Shown here: positions 6,923 through 15,830 of the stretch, piece after piece
How the letters are laid out: each line of letters opens with the position of its first letter
How positions within the stretch are numbered: position 1 is the first letter of the stretch
NCBI GenBank assembly: GCA_017615095.1
Contig: JAGAAT010000101.1
Span: 1 to 32,572 of the forward strand
Direction: 5' to 3'
DNA: 32,572 nucleotides
DNA from: a bacterium
Lineage (GTDB): Bacteria; UBP6; UBA1177
The notes under the pieces: generated by a model
What the model saw: only the letters and a program-made list of their open reading frames with translations
What the model was told of the DNA's origin: nothing
Databases searched by the model: none
Position numbers and translations under genes: made by a program

Positions 6923-9058
6923 TTAATTTTCAAGCTTCAAACCGATCCACGGGGTGATCCCCGGAGTCCCGTACTCGACCGAATAGGCGTAACTGTCGTT
7001 ATCCAGCATGTTGTCGATTTTTGCGAAGATCGTGACGAATTTGTGCACTTTCCAGGAGATCGCAAAGTTCAGCAGGACGAACTGGTCGACTTCGACGATG
7101 TACGGTGTTTTCGGATAGTTGTAGACCTCGTCGTTACGGACTCCGACATAGTCAAGACCAAGGAAAATATTTAATATTTTCTTGTAATTATAGTTTAGCT
7201 CCGCGCTGAATGTGTGCTTCGGACGGCGAAGCGGCGTGGTTTTGCTCTTGTACTTCCTGCCCTGATACTCCACGACTTTGTATTCGTTCAGCTTGAAGAT
7301 GAAGGTGTAGGCGGATTTGAAGCTCAGCCCCCAGAATGGTTTGGTCTGGAGCGAAAATTCGAGGCCGTGGTTTTCGATTCTGTAGTGATTTGAATACTTT
7401 CCGCTTTTGTCCAGGTCGATGTTGTTTATCTTGAGTTCATAAAAATAGCCGGCTTCAAGAAGGATTTTCCGCTTTACCAGATACTGCTGGATGACGCCGT
7501 CGAAGCCGTACGCGATCTCGTAAAGCAGCTCGTTGTAGAGGTCGGAATAGCGGCTGAAGCGCTGAAAAAGCGTCGGAGCTTTTGAGGCTCTCGCGAACCT
7601 TGCCTTGAACCCGAGTTCTATCGGCGTTTCATAGGCGATACCGGCCGAAAAGAGCGGTTCCGCCAGTTTTTTTGTCTTTGAAGGCAGCAGCTCGTCGGTG
7701 AGGCTGTCGAGGAGCGAGACCTGATAAAAGTTGGTCTGAAGCCTGAAACCGGCGTTTATCTCCAGTTTTTTCACTGGTTTGAAAATGTTCATCAGGTATA
7801 GCCCGAGTGCGAAGTCGGGGTTCGGCTTGAAGCTAAGGTCATACTTCCTGCCGCTTGAATAGTCTTCGTAATCGGCGATCCCGGCGGCAAGCTCGAACTT
7901 TATTCCCGCAAGGATCTCGTACCATTCGAGCGGCTTTAACGAGTTGTCCCAATCAAGGTTGAGAGTCAGCGCCTTGTAGAGGCTGTTCATGTCGCCGGTC
8001 ACCTTGCCCGCGTCTGCGGGATCGTCGTCGTAAAGCGCGTTGAGGTAGACCGACGCATTGAACTTGAGGTTCCAGAGCTTGTCGAAAAGGTCGGAATCTA
8101 TGCCGGTTTTGGCGGTAAGTGTCCTCGAACGCAGGATGCGGTTCGGGTCGTCGAGCCCGAGCCCGGGACCGTCGTCGATTTCGTATTTGCCGATGTCGGT
8201 GCGCAAAATCAGGTCCCACGTCGTCGCATCGCTGATGTCGACACCGCCCCGGAAGTAGATCTTTCCCTTGATCACGCCGTCGTTGTCGGGCGTTTTCGTG
8301 AAGAGGTTCTCCTTGACGCCGTGGTAGGAATCGGCTTCGGAAATGCCTTCGGTGTAGAAAAACGATCCTCCGCCGGAGTAGAAAAAACGCTCTTTCGAGC
8401 CGCGCACCGAGGCGTTGACGTTGAAGGTGTCCGGGACGAGCCGGTCGCTGCTCATGTCGAGAATGCCCGTCGAAATCGAGCTCACGAATTTAGGCTTTCC
8501 CGCCCCCTTTTTCGTGTGGATATCGATGACTCCGGCAATCGCGCCGCTACCGAAAAGAACGGGCTGAGGTCCCTTGAGAAGCTCTATCTTCGCAATGTCT
8601 TCTGGACTCTGGGCAAGATCCGCTGCGCCGTTCGGACTCACCGGGTTACGCATCGGAACACCGTCGACCAGCACGAGCACGTCCGCGCTCCGGAAGCCGC
8701 GCAGAAAGACATACTGCGACTGTCCGGTGTTGCCGCTGCCGTCGACGTAGACTCCCGCCATCTCCTTGATAGCGTCGCCCGTCGTGGTCGAAATTTTGTT
8801 TTCGATCTCGTTCGCGCTGATGGAAGCCTTTGCGGATGCGCCGTCCTGACTTTTGTTTTTTTTGCCGCGGACAGTGATCTCGTTTGCCGGATCTTTAGCC
8901 GGTTTCTTTTTTGTTTCAGCCTGCGTCTCAGTTTCGGTTTTCGGCTCTTCCTGCTGATTGGAAGTTGCCTCTTCCGAAACAGCCTGCTCTTCGGCGAACA
9001 TTGGGAAAAACAATAGTAAAATAAGATAGATGAGCGATTTTTTTAAGAGCCTCAGCAT
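6923..9058 (-). CDS. btuB: TonB-dependent outer-membrane receptor, probable cobalamin transporter (BtuB-like)
   Basis: Signal peptide, plug motifs (LRGFRSADVLVLVDGVP; IELLKGPQPVLFGSGAIAGVI), barrel C-terminus (IDNMLDNDSY...PG). ATG 9058 follows SD GAGGAGG. Cobalamin riboswitch upstream supports the substrate call. Confidence 0.8.
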   Translation of the reverse strand: MLRLLKKSLIYLILLLFFPMFAEEQAVSEEATSNQQEEPKTETETQAETKKKPAKDPANEITVRGKKNKSQDGASAKASISANEIENKISTTTGDAIKEMAGVYVDGSGNTGQSQYVFLRGFRSADVLVLVDGVPMRNPVSPNGAADLAQSPEDIAKIELLKGPQPVLFGSGAIAGVIDIHTKKGAGKPKFVSSISTGILDMSSDRLVPDTFNVNASVRGSKERFFYSGGGSFFYTEGISEADSYHGVKENLFTKTPDNDGVIKGKIYFRGGVDISDATTWDLILRTDIGKYEIDDGPGLGLDDPNRILRSRTLTAKTGIDSDLFDKLWNLKFNASVYLNALYDDDPADAGKVTGDMNSLYKALTLNLDWDNSLKPLEWYEILAGIKFELAAGIADYEDYSSGRKYDLSFKPNPDFALGLYLMNIFKPVKKLEINAGFRLQTNFYQVSLLDSLTDELLPSKTKKLAEPLFSAGIAYETPIELGFKARFARASKAPTLFQRFSRYSDLYNELLYEIAYGFDGVIQQYLVKRKILLEAGYFYELKINNIDLDKSGKYSNHYRIENHGLEFSLQTKPFWGLSFKSAYTFIFKLNEYKVVEYQGRKYKSKTTPLRRPKHTFSAELNYNYKKILNIFLGLDYVGVRNDEVYNYPKTPYIVEVDQFVLLNFAISWKVHKFVTIFAKIDNMLDNDSYAYSVEYGTPGITPWIGLKLEN

Positions 9059-9060
9059 TG

Positions 9061-9173
9061 GCAAATATCCCTCCTCGGGGCTGTTTGCTGCGTGCGATGT
9101 ATCCGGCTTGCGTACAGCTTTACGGTTGCGGGACAGCATCGGAATCCCACCGATTTCCATCGTCTTCACGCAA
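9061..9173 (-). ncRNA. Cobalamin riboswitch, short class II-type, with SD-containing hairpin
   Basis: Minus strand: TGCGTG..CGATGGAAATCGGTGGGATTCCGATGCTGTCCCGCAACCGTAA..AAGCCGGATACATCGCACGCA. Conserved core and B12 box; closing helices TGCGTG/CACGCA and CGATG/CATCG; downstream GCAAA..CCC-CGAGGA-GGG..TTTGC hairpin. Confidence 0.88.
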
Positions 9174-9179
9174 TGCCGC

Positions 9180-9207
9180 AAGTTAAGTTTTAGAACGGCA
9201 ATGTCAA
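9180..9207 (-). promoter_or_regulatory. Putative promoter of the riboswitch-btuB transcript (TTGACA-N16-TAACTT)
   Basis: Perfect -35; the implied start site falls just 5' of the riboswitch. Confidence 0.6.
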
Positions 9208-9289
9208 GCCCGCCCGCCGAAAAAGCAAAAAATATTTGTCAAAGCAGAGTTCAAAATTTAAGATTGGCGGATTTCTAGAGGGGTAGGAT

Positions 9290-10597
9290 TTGAAGGCTGA
9301 GTTATTCATAGGTCTCAGGTATCTTTGGAACACGAGACGGACGCGCTTTCTGAGCGTGATCACGCTGATTTCCGTCCTCGGGATAGCTATCGGTGTCGCG
9401 GCGATAATTTCTGTTCAGTCGATCATGGACGGGCTTCAGAACAAGATGAAGGCGGCGGTCCTCGGCGCGAAGACTCACATCAGGATCGAGCATGAGGCGG
9501 GTACAGTCTCTGACTATGAAAACGCGATCGCAAAAATATCAGACAACACGGAGTTTTACGGAGTCACGCCGATAATTTCACGCGATGTCATCGTCTCCTT
9601 CGGCAGCGAGCTGACCGGTGCGGTCGTCAACGGGATCGACATCGCAAGCGCCGGAAGCGCCCTGAAGCTCCCGGAACAGATCACGAAAGGGTCGCTGAAG
9701 TGCGTCGAAAATCCTGCGGATTGTCCTGAAATCGTTGAAAAACGGGAGGCGCTCGACAACTTTTTGAGAAAGCCCGGAGCGGGGGAGAAACGTTACGGCG
9801 ATATGCCTGGGATAGCGATCGGGAGCGAAATGGCGAAGTATTACGCCCTCGACATCGGCGATAAGATCAAAATAATCTCACCGACAGGCGGAAAGCTGAA
9901 CTCGCTCGGTCTGCCGACGCCGCTTGTGAAGACCTTCATCGTGTCGGCGGTCTTCTTCACCACCTATTACGAGTACGATTTCAGCTACGCATACATCACA
10001 CTTGACGCTGCGAAGGAGTTTTTCTCGACCGGAGGTGCGGTCGACCACATCGGGGTCAGGCTGAAGGACGTCTACGCGATCGAACCAGCTGAAAACTTTA
10101 TCAGATCGAAGCTCGGCGACGGCTTCAAAACCAAAAACTGGCGGGACATGAACAAGCCGCTTTTCTCTGCACTCGAGATGGAAAAGGTCCTCTGGTTCCT
10201 GATCCTCGGATTCATCGCACTCGTCGCCTCATTCAACGTCATCTCCGCACTCGTGATGCTCGTTATCGGCAAAAAGAGCGAGATCGCCGTCCTGCGGGCG
10301 ATGGGCTTCACCTCGCGCTCCGTTATGAAAATTTTTATGTTCGACGGACTGACGATCGGGATGATCGGAACGACTCTCGGCACGATCCTTGGAGTTGCCG
10401 CCTCCTGCCTGCTGAACGGTCTGCCGCTCGGAGACGCACAGGATGTTTACTACATCGAGACACTGCCGGTTGACCTCGCTCCGTCGACGCTCGTCATCGC
10501 GATCGCCGGATCACTTCTGCTTTCACTTGCCGCTACGATATATCCAGGTCTCCGCGCCGCCAATCTCAAACCTGTTGATGCACTGAGACACGAGTGA
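9290..10597 (+). CDS. lolE: Lipoprotein-releasing ABC transporter permease LolC/E family
   Basis: ELFIGLRYL...ISVLGIAIGVAAII, MacB-like periplasmic domain, WRDMNKPLFSALEMEK, EIAVLRAMG, YYIETLPV, PVDALRHE; TTG start. Confidence 0.88.
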   Translation: MKAELFIGLRYLWNTRRTRFLSVITLISVLGIAIGVAAIISVQSIMDGLQNKMKAAVLGAKTHIRIEHEAGTVSDYENAIAKISDNTEFYGVTPIISRDVIVSFGSELTGAVVNGIDIASAGSALKLPEQITKGSLKCVENPADCPEIVEKREALDNFLRKPGAGEKRYGDMPGIAIGSEMAKYYALDIGDKIKIISPTGGKLNSLGLPTPLVKTFIVSAVFFTTYYEYDFSYAYITLDAAKEFFSTGGAVDHIGVRLKDVYAIEPAENFIRSKLGDGFKTKNWRDMNKPLFSALEMEKVLWFLILGFIALVASFNVISALVMLVIGKKSEIAVLRAMGFTSRSVMKIFMFDGLTIGMIGTTLGTILGVAASCLLNGLPLGDAQDVYYIETLPVDLAPSTLVIAIAGSLLLSLAATIYPGLRAANLKPVDALRHE

Positions 10598-10664
10598 TTT
10601 TTTAATTTAAGCTTGACTGTCCGTGTTGGAGTAAACTTCAGTATCAGGACACAGCATTATCGTA

Positions 10665-10964
10665 ATGCCTTCGACGCAGAAGATTTTGGAAGAAATGGGG
10701 GAGCAGATAAAACTTGCCCGCCTCAGAAGAAAACTCAGCGCGGAACTTGTTGCGGAACGCGCCGGAGTGAGCCGTGTCACGCTTTGGAACATCGAAAAAG
10801 GCTCATCTTCAGTCGCAATGGGTGCATACGCTGCGGTTCTCCATGCAATCGGCGGAATGGACAGGGATCATCTTCTTGTTGCAAAAGATGACGAACTGGG
10901 ACGCAAACTTCAGGATCTAGGGCTTCTGCCTAAAAAGCGCGCCCCGAAAAGAGGAGACGACTAA
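10665..10964 (+). CDS. XRE-family HTH protein, HipB-like antitoxin
   Basis: GEQIKLARLRRKLSAELVAERAGVSRVTLWNIEKG; TAATG-coupled to a hipA-like gene. Confidence 0.88.
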   Translation: MPSTQKILEEMGEQIKLARLRRKLSAELVAERAGVSRVTLWNIEKGSSSVAMGAYAAVLHAIGGMDRDHLLVAKDDELGRKLQDLGLLPKKRAPKRGDD

Positions 10965-11673
10965 TGGCGCAGGAAGAAAAGAAAATTTATGTTTATGAAA
11001 ACTGGTCTTCCGAAATTCCACGGGAACTCGGTATTCTTTATGTCAACAATGTTCGCGTAACGGAGATCTTTTCGTTTGAATACAACGAAGAATATCTGAG
11101 AAATCCTACTTCATGCAGCATTGATCCTGAATTTCCAAACAGGGCAGCACATTTCTTGTCAAAAGATTCGATAGATCCGGCAGTCGCCGCATACATTTTT
11201 CTTCAGCGATGACGATGCTCGGAAAAGTTGACGGAGCTTCAGCAAAAGACGGCACGTCATATCTTGAAATAGCCGATTTTATTATAAAAAACGGTGCAGA
11301 TCCCAAAAACGACCTTGCTGAACTATGGAAAAGGATCGTTTTCAATATGACCGTTTCAAATACTGATGACCATCTTCGCAACCACGGTTTTCTTCTTTCT
11401 GCCAAAGGCTGGCGGCTTTCTCCCGCCTACGATATGAACCCGAATGCCATGGGTGACGGACTCGCATTGAATGTGAATGAAAACGATAATTCGATTGATA
11501 TCGATCTCGCGATTGATACCTGCCGGTTTTTTCATCTGGAAAAAGATGAAGCGGTACAAATTGCTGCTGACATGTCTCTTGCTGTCCGCAAAAATTGGGA
11601 GAAAACTGCCATGAAATACGGTGCAAGCCGTGCCATGATCGAACTTATGCGCCCTGCATTCGTCATGTCGTAA
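10964..11673 (+). pseudogene. hipA: HipA-family toxin kinase, internally deleted and frameshifted
   Basis: HipA N-terminal domain (FSFEYNEEYL..SIDPE) joins out of frame at about 11131 to SKQGSTFLVKRFDR..RIHFSSAMTMLG..NTDDHLRNHGF..LSPAYDMNP; no Gly-rich ATP loop region. Confidence 0.85.
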
Positions 11674-11931
11674 ACTTTATTTTTTAATATTCCTGTTCAT
11701 TTTGAAATTTTTATAAGCTTTGAGTATACAACAAACCAGCCATCCAATTTGTCTAAAAATTTTTTTGAAGATTTTATTGTATCCATGGATCTACCTCCGG
11801 CTGAACGAAACCTTTTTGTTGCCGTTTTTCATAGGGTCGTCTCCGATAGCAGTCAGTAAACGCCGGATTTTATTTGATTCTCGGAAATAGGCAAACAGAA
11901 AAAGCATTTACAGGCAATAGAAAAAAAGAAG

Positions 11932-12007
11932 TGGAGCTACCGAGGTGACTTGAACACCCGACCTGCTGATTACGAATCAGCTGCTCTACCGACTGAGCCA
12001 CGGTAGC
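11932..12007 (-). tRNA. tRNA-Thr(CGT)
   Basis: GCTACCGTGGCTCAGTCGGTAGAGCAGCTGATTCGTAATCAGCAGGTCGGGTGTTCAAGTCACCTCGGTAGCTCCA: 76 nt cloverleaf, anticodon loop TTCGTAA, encoded CCA. Confidence 0.97.
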
Positions 12008-12021
12008 ACCAACGGGCAGGT

Positions 12022-12049
12022 ATTGTAGTAAAAAGTTTTTTTATGTCAA
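12022..12049 (-). promoter_or_regulatory. tRNA promoter (TTGACA-N16-TACAAT)
   Basis: Near-consensus; the -35 overlaps the nadD stop codon. Confidence 0.7.
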
Positions 12050-12624
12050 GATTTCGTCGTGTCGTAGAGGCGATTTTTGCAGATAAATTCCGGGATCCCG
12101 GCCGGAAGCAGATGTTCAAATGGTTTTCCTTCGGCGATAAGGCTGCGGATCTCCGAGCTCGAGATGTCAGGCAGGACGATCGACTTGTGATCGGGGCTTT
12201 CGTTACGTTCTCTGCCTACGACGATTATATCTTGGCATATATTTGAAATCTCATCGAAATTTTTCCATTTGTCTCTGACGTTCCAGTTGTCTGAACCGAT
12301 GATGAGCGAAAAGGCTCTTTCCGGGAATTTTGCTGTCAGAAACTTTAAAAGATCGATTGTGTAGACGGTCTCAAGACCGGTTTCGCGCTCGAATCCGCAG
12401 ACTTTTACGCGCTCTTCACCCCACGGGCGTGCCATGATACGGCACATCTCGAGTCTCTTTTCAAAGTCCGACGGCTTGAAACCGAACGGGTGCGAAAAGC
12501 TAGGAACGATCCAGACCTCGTCCATCCCGAATTTGTTCAGCGCCAGAAATACCGTGAGCTGGTGTGCCAGGTGCGGCGGGTCGAATTTGCCGCCGAAAAT
12601 CGCTGTTTTTTTAGGACTGTCCAT
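12046..12624 (-). CDS. nadD: Nicotinate-nucleotide adenylyltransferase
   Basis: IFGGKFDPPHLAH, YTIDLL, IIGSD, ISSSEIR. Confidence 0.93.
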   Translation of the reverse strand: MDSPKKTAIFGGKFDPPHLAHQLTVFLALNKFGMDEVWIVPSFSHPFGFKPSDFEKRLEMCRIMARPWGEERVKVCGFERETGLETVYTIDLLKFLTAKFPERAFSLIIGSDNWNVRDKWKNFDEISNICQDIIVVGRERNESPDHKSIVLPDISSSEIRSLIAEGKPFEHLLPAGIPEFICKNRLYDTTKS

Positions 12625-13774
12625 TGTCAGATGCCGATTTAGCGAGGATTTGTTCAATATCTTTGAGGACCTTTTCCTCAAGTTTCTCCCTGTTCTTTTC
12701 GTAGAAGGTTTTGAGTGTCGTGTCGAGCGTCAGAGACTTCTTTCGCTTGAGGAAGAAGTCAAGTACCTTGATGAAAATGCACTTGGTTTCGATGATTTGG
12801 GGGTTGCTGCCCGGATTTTCTTCGGATAAAAGCGCAAAGATCCGTCCCGTCGCAAACTTTACCGGCATTCTGGCGAGGAAAAAGGCGTATGTGATCTTGC
12901 AGCGCTTTTCAAGTGCGTGAAAGTCGTAAAATTCGCTGGCAAGCGCCTTCGAGATGAAGTACTGGCTCTTTTTCGACGCAAACTCCTTGTCGGATATCTT
13001 CTTTTCCTTGATGCTTTTTTTCATCAGCTCTACCGCCTCGCACATCTCGCTGCGGTTCTGGGAGAGCATGTAGATGAAGAGTATGTCCGGCGACGGCGCA
13101 AACTTTTCCATTGCCTGGAGGATCTTTTTCGAGTGGTTTTTGTTGTTAGGCGGAAAGAGTATCAGAAGCGTCAGCTTTTTTATGTGCTCCTGAGATATTA
13201 CCGGAAGATTCGGTAATGAATTCAGATAGAAAGCCAGACACGCAAGGTCTGTGTGGTCGATGAAATCCTCGATGTTCCCTTCGGCGATCTTCACGAACTG
13301 GAGGTATATGTTTGTCGACAGCCTGAGCTTCAGCAGCCCGAACTGGTTGAAAATGTGGCTTATCAGCTCCATCTGCTTCGCGGTGTCTCCGTCCAGGATG
13401 TCGGAGAGGAGCTCTCCTATTTCACGGCTTTCGCACCAGGTCGAGTCGGTGAAGAGCTCGTTCACGTGGAGCCTTAAAAAGTTCCTTGCCGGCGGGAAAA
13501 AGAATCCGTAGGGAGCTGATGCAGCCTCGCCGTTTTTCAGAAAAAAATAGACGGAGGCGATATCCGCAAAGCGTTTCTGACGGATAAAAAGCCTCAGGGT
13601 GCTCTCGATGTAGATCGCCGCGTTGTCGTGTTTTTCCCGTTCGGATGCGATCTTTTCAAGGGCTTCAGTGAAGAAGCGGAGCTGCTTGTCGCGATAGGCG
13701 AGGTAGCTGTTTGTCACCGGACGGCGTGCCGCTGCTATAAAAGCCGATAACTCCTTGGGATCATTTCGGCTCAT
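12611..13774 (-). CDS. Hypothetical protein, probably all-alpha-helical (about 387 aa)
   Basis: Long ORF overlapping both dapF and nadD within the operon; no recognised motif. Confidence 0.8.
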   Translation of the reverse strand: MSRNDPKELSAFIAAARRPVTNSYLAYRDKQLRFFTEALEKIASEREKHDNAAIYIESTLRLFIRQKRFADIASVYFFLKNGEAASAPYGFFFPPARNFLRLHVNELFTDSTWCESREIGELLSDILDGDTAKQMELISHIFNQFGLLKLRLSTNIYLQFVKIAEGNIEDFIDHTDLACLAFYLNSLPNLPVISQEHIKKLTLLILFPPNNKNHSKKILQAMEKFAPSPDILFIYMLSQNRSEMCEAVELMKKSIKEKKISDKEFASKKSQYFISKALASEFYDFHALEKRCKITYAFFLARMPVKFATGRIFALLSEENPGSNPQIIETKCIFIKVLDFFLKRKKSLTLDTTLKTFYEKNREKLEEKVLKDIEQILAKSASDNGQS

Positions 13775-14564
13775 AGATCCCCTCAAAGCATTTTTCAGGT
13801 ATTCCGCCTATCAGGATCTCATCGTTTTCTGCGATCCTGTATTCGATTATCCCGCCCGGGAAGCGGAGCCGCCAGGTCTCGTTCCTGCGTGCAAAACCGT
13901 TTAAAAAAAGCGACCTCATTACTGCCGCGCCGCCTGTACCGCAGCCGAGTGTGAATCCGACTCCGCGTTCGCAGACGATTACATCGGCATTTCTTCCGGC
14001 AGGATCTATGTTCGAAACGATCTCTGCATTGGCTTCAAAGCCGAGCGGGTTGTCAAAACGCAGACGCGACGCCATCGCATGAGTGTCGATATCGTTGCTC
14101 CTGATGAAAACGACGACGTGAGGATTGCCCATTGAGATGCCGGTTATGGCGAGTTCTCTCTCTCGGATGACGATCTTCTGCGTTGCAAAGAGGACTCTCG
14201 ACCTTCCGAGCGACGCCTGGACGTAAAGCTGTCCGTCCCGTTTTTCGACATTGACGTCAAGCGTGCCGTTGCCGGTCTCGATCCGAAGCGGATCCAAGGT
14301 CAGACCCCGTTCTGCTGTGAGGTAGGCTGCAAAGCAGCGGAGCCCGTTTCCGCACATTTCAGCAGTGGTGCCGTCGCTGTTGATGATCACCATTTTCGCG
14401 TCGTTCTGCGGGTCGTCCGGTCTGTAGTTGACGAGGATACCGTCTGCGCCTATCCCGAAATGGCGGTCGCAGAGCTTTTTTGCATCGACTTTTTCAAAAT
14501 CTGCGGCTTCAAGAATGACGAAATCGTTGCCTGCCGCCTGATATTTTGAAAAGTGAAGCGCCAT
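13761..14564 (-). CDS. dapF: Diaminopimelate epimerase
   Basis: KYQAAGNDF, GIGADG, EMCGNGLRC, MGNPH, ERGVGFTLGCGTG. Confidence 0.95.
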   Translation of the reverse strand: MALHFSKYQAAGNDFVILEAADFEKVDAKKLCDRHFGIGADGILVNYRPDDPQNDAKMVIINSDGTTAEMCGNGLRCFAAYLTAERGLTLDPLRIETGNGTLDVNVEKRDGQLYVQASLGRSRVLFATQKIVIRERELAITGISMGNPHVVVFIRSNDIDTHAMASRLRFDNPLGFEANAEIVSNIDPAGRNADVIVCERGVGFTLGCGTGGAAVMRSLFLNGFARRNETWRLRFPGGIIEYRIAENDEILIGGIPEKCFEGIYEPK

Positions 14565-14565
14565 T

Positions 14566-15048
14566 TCAGTGCTTTTCCGCCTTGAAAACGATGAATTTGC
14601 TGCCGATATAGTTTGTTATCATTCCCGCCAGGATACCGAAGAGGTTGGCGATCGCCGGAAGCATCGTGCCGTTCGTGAAGATGTGCGGCAGGAGCCAGTA
14701 GACGATCTGTCTCGGAACGAGCGAAATGAGACTTATCACCAGAAATGTGAGGAACGATTTGAACGAAGCGCTTCTTCCGGCTGTCTTCGGGCGGAACGAC
14801 CAGTAGTGGTTGATAAGATAGTTCTGGATGACTGCCGCCGCATAGCCGAAAACCGGAAGGATAAAGAGCATGAACGAGCCCGGCTGCGCGTTCGTGACAT
14901 TCTTCATGATGATGAAGATGGTCTCGTCGGTAATGACTCCGAGCGAGCCGGTTACCGCGAAGCGGATGAACTCGAACGAGAGCAGAAGCGGGATCAGTTT
15001 TTTTATTTTGGCTCCTGTCGAAGCCTCTTTGGGGTCGAAATTGTCCAT
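14566..15048 (-). CDS. GtrA-family membrane protein
   Basis: FIRFAVTG, NYLINHYWSF, NYIGSKFIVF; SD GGAGG before ATG 15048. Confidence 0.88.
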   Translation of the reverse strand: MDNFDPKEASTGAKIKKLIPLLLSFEFIRFAVTGSLGVITDETIFIIMKNVTNAQPGSFMLFILPVFGYAAAVIQNYLINHYWSFRPKTAGRSASFKSFLTFLVISLISLVPRQIVYWLLPHIFTNGTMLPAIANLFGILAGMITNYIGSKFIVFKAEKH

Positions 15049-15821
15049 TATTTCCTCCTGAAAAGATATGCTGACCATTCATTTTTTACTGCTTTGTCGA
15101 TCAGCTCGAAATCGCCGAGTTCCATCCTGTCTGCGAAGTAGGGCATCTCCGTTGCCAGAACGCCGGAGAGTACGAGCCACTTTGCCGAGAGGCGCTTGAG
15201 ATCGTCCGAAAGGAAGTAGAGAACCGACGAGATGATGTTCGCTACGACGATATCGCGTTTCTGCGTCTGCTTGAAAATCGGCTCGACCGTGAGCTCGATT
15301 TTGTCCGAAACGCCGTTGAGTTCCAGGTTCTCCGCAGCGTTTTCGATCGCATCGGGATCGTTGTCGATAGCCGTGATCCTGAGCTTGGGCGCTATGCGCG
15401 TCGCAGCTATCGAGAGTATCCCCGAGCCTGTACCGACATCGAGCATAGTTGAAATCGAACTGTCGAGCTTCAGCGCCTTTTCGATGAAGTCGAGCGAAAG
15501 CTGCGTCGTCTCGTGGTGCCCTGTCCCGAAGCCGCGGGCGGGGTTGATTATCAGGTTGCCTTCATCCTTTTTCCACGGCGGAACGACGACAAGCGAACCG
15601 ATTTTTACCGGAACGAAGTATTCGCGCCACTTCTCCTCCCAGTCGCCGTCGGAGATGACCGAAACGTCAAAGTCCCTGAGTGCCTGAAGGACGTCGTCGC
15701 GCTTTTCAAAGTACAAAATCACAGCGTTCGGCTGTTCGTAGCTTCCGAGAAAACCGTCGATCGCATAGAATTTATCCATGCTGCAGTCCTTCGGAAGAGC
15801 GATCTGATACCACTGGTTCAT
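15048..15821 (-). CDS. prmA: Ribosomal protein L11 methyltransferase
   Basis: DWEEKW, VVPPW, INPARGFGTGHHETT, LDVGTGSGILS, VVANI. Confidence 0.95.
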   Translation of the reverse strand: MNQWYQIALPKDCSMDKFYAIDGFLGSYEQPNAVILYFEKRDDVLQALRDFDVSVISDGDWEEKWREYFVPVKIGSLVVVPPWKKDEGNLIINPARGFGTGHHETTQLSLDFIEKALKLDSSISTMLDVGTGSGILSIAATRIAPKLRITAIDNDPDAIENAAENLELNGVSDKIELTVEPIFKQTQKRDIVVANIISSVLYFLSDDLKRLSAKWLVLSGVLATEMPYFADRMELGDFELIDKAVKNEWSAYLFRRK

Positions 15822-15830
15822 GCTTCCCCG

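Noticed and set aside
9059-9181. N-terminal extension of the TonB receptor
   Set aside because: This is the riboswitch leader; the SD and signal peptide point to ATG 9058
10598-10660. att-site duplication of the tRNA 3' end bounding the islet
   Set aside because: Only TGGAG matches; no convincing direct repeat and no integrase
10964-11673. Tripartite HipBST-like system (two ORFs with an ATGA overlap at 11209-11212)
   Set aside because: HipA homology (KRFDR..RIHF) continues upstream of ATG 11209 in the second frame and the kinase N-lobe is missing. A deletion pseudogene explains this better.
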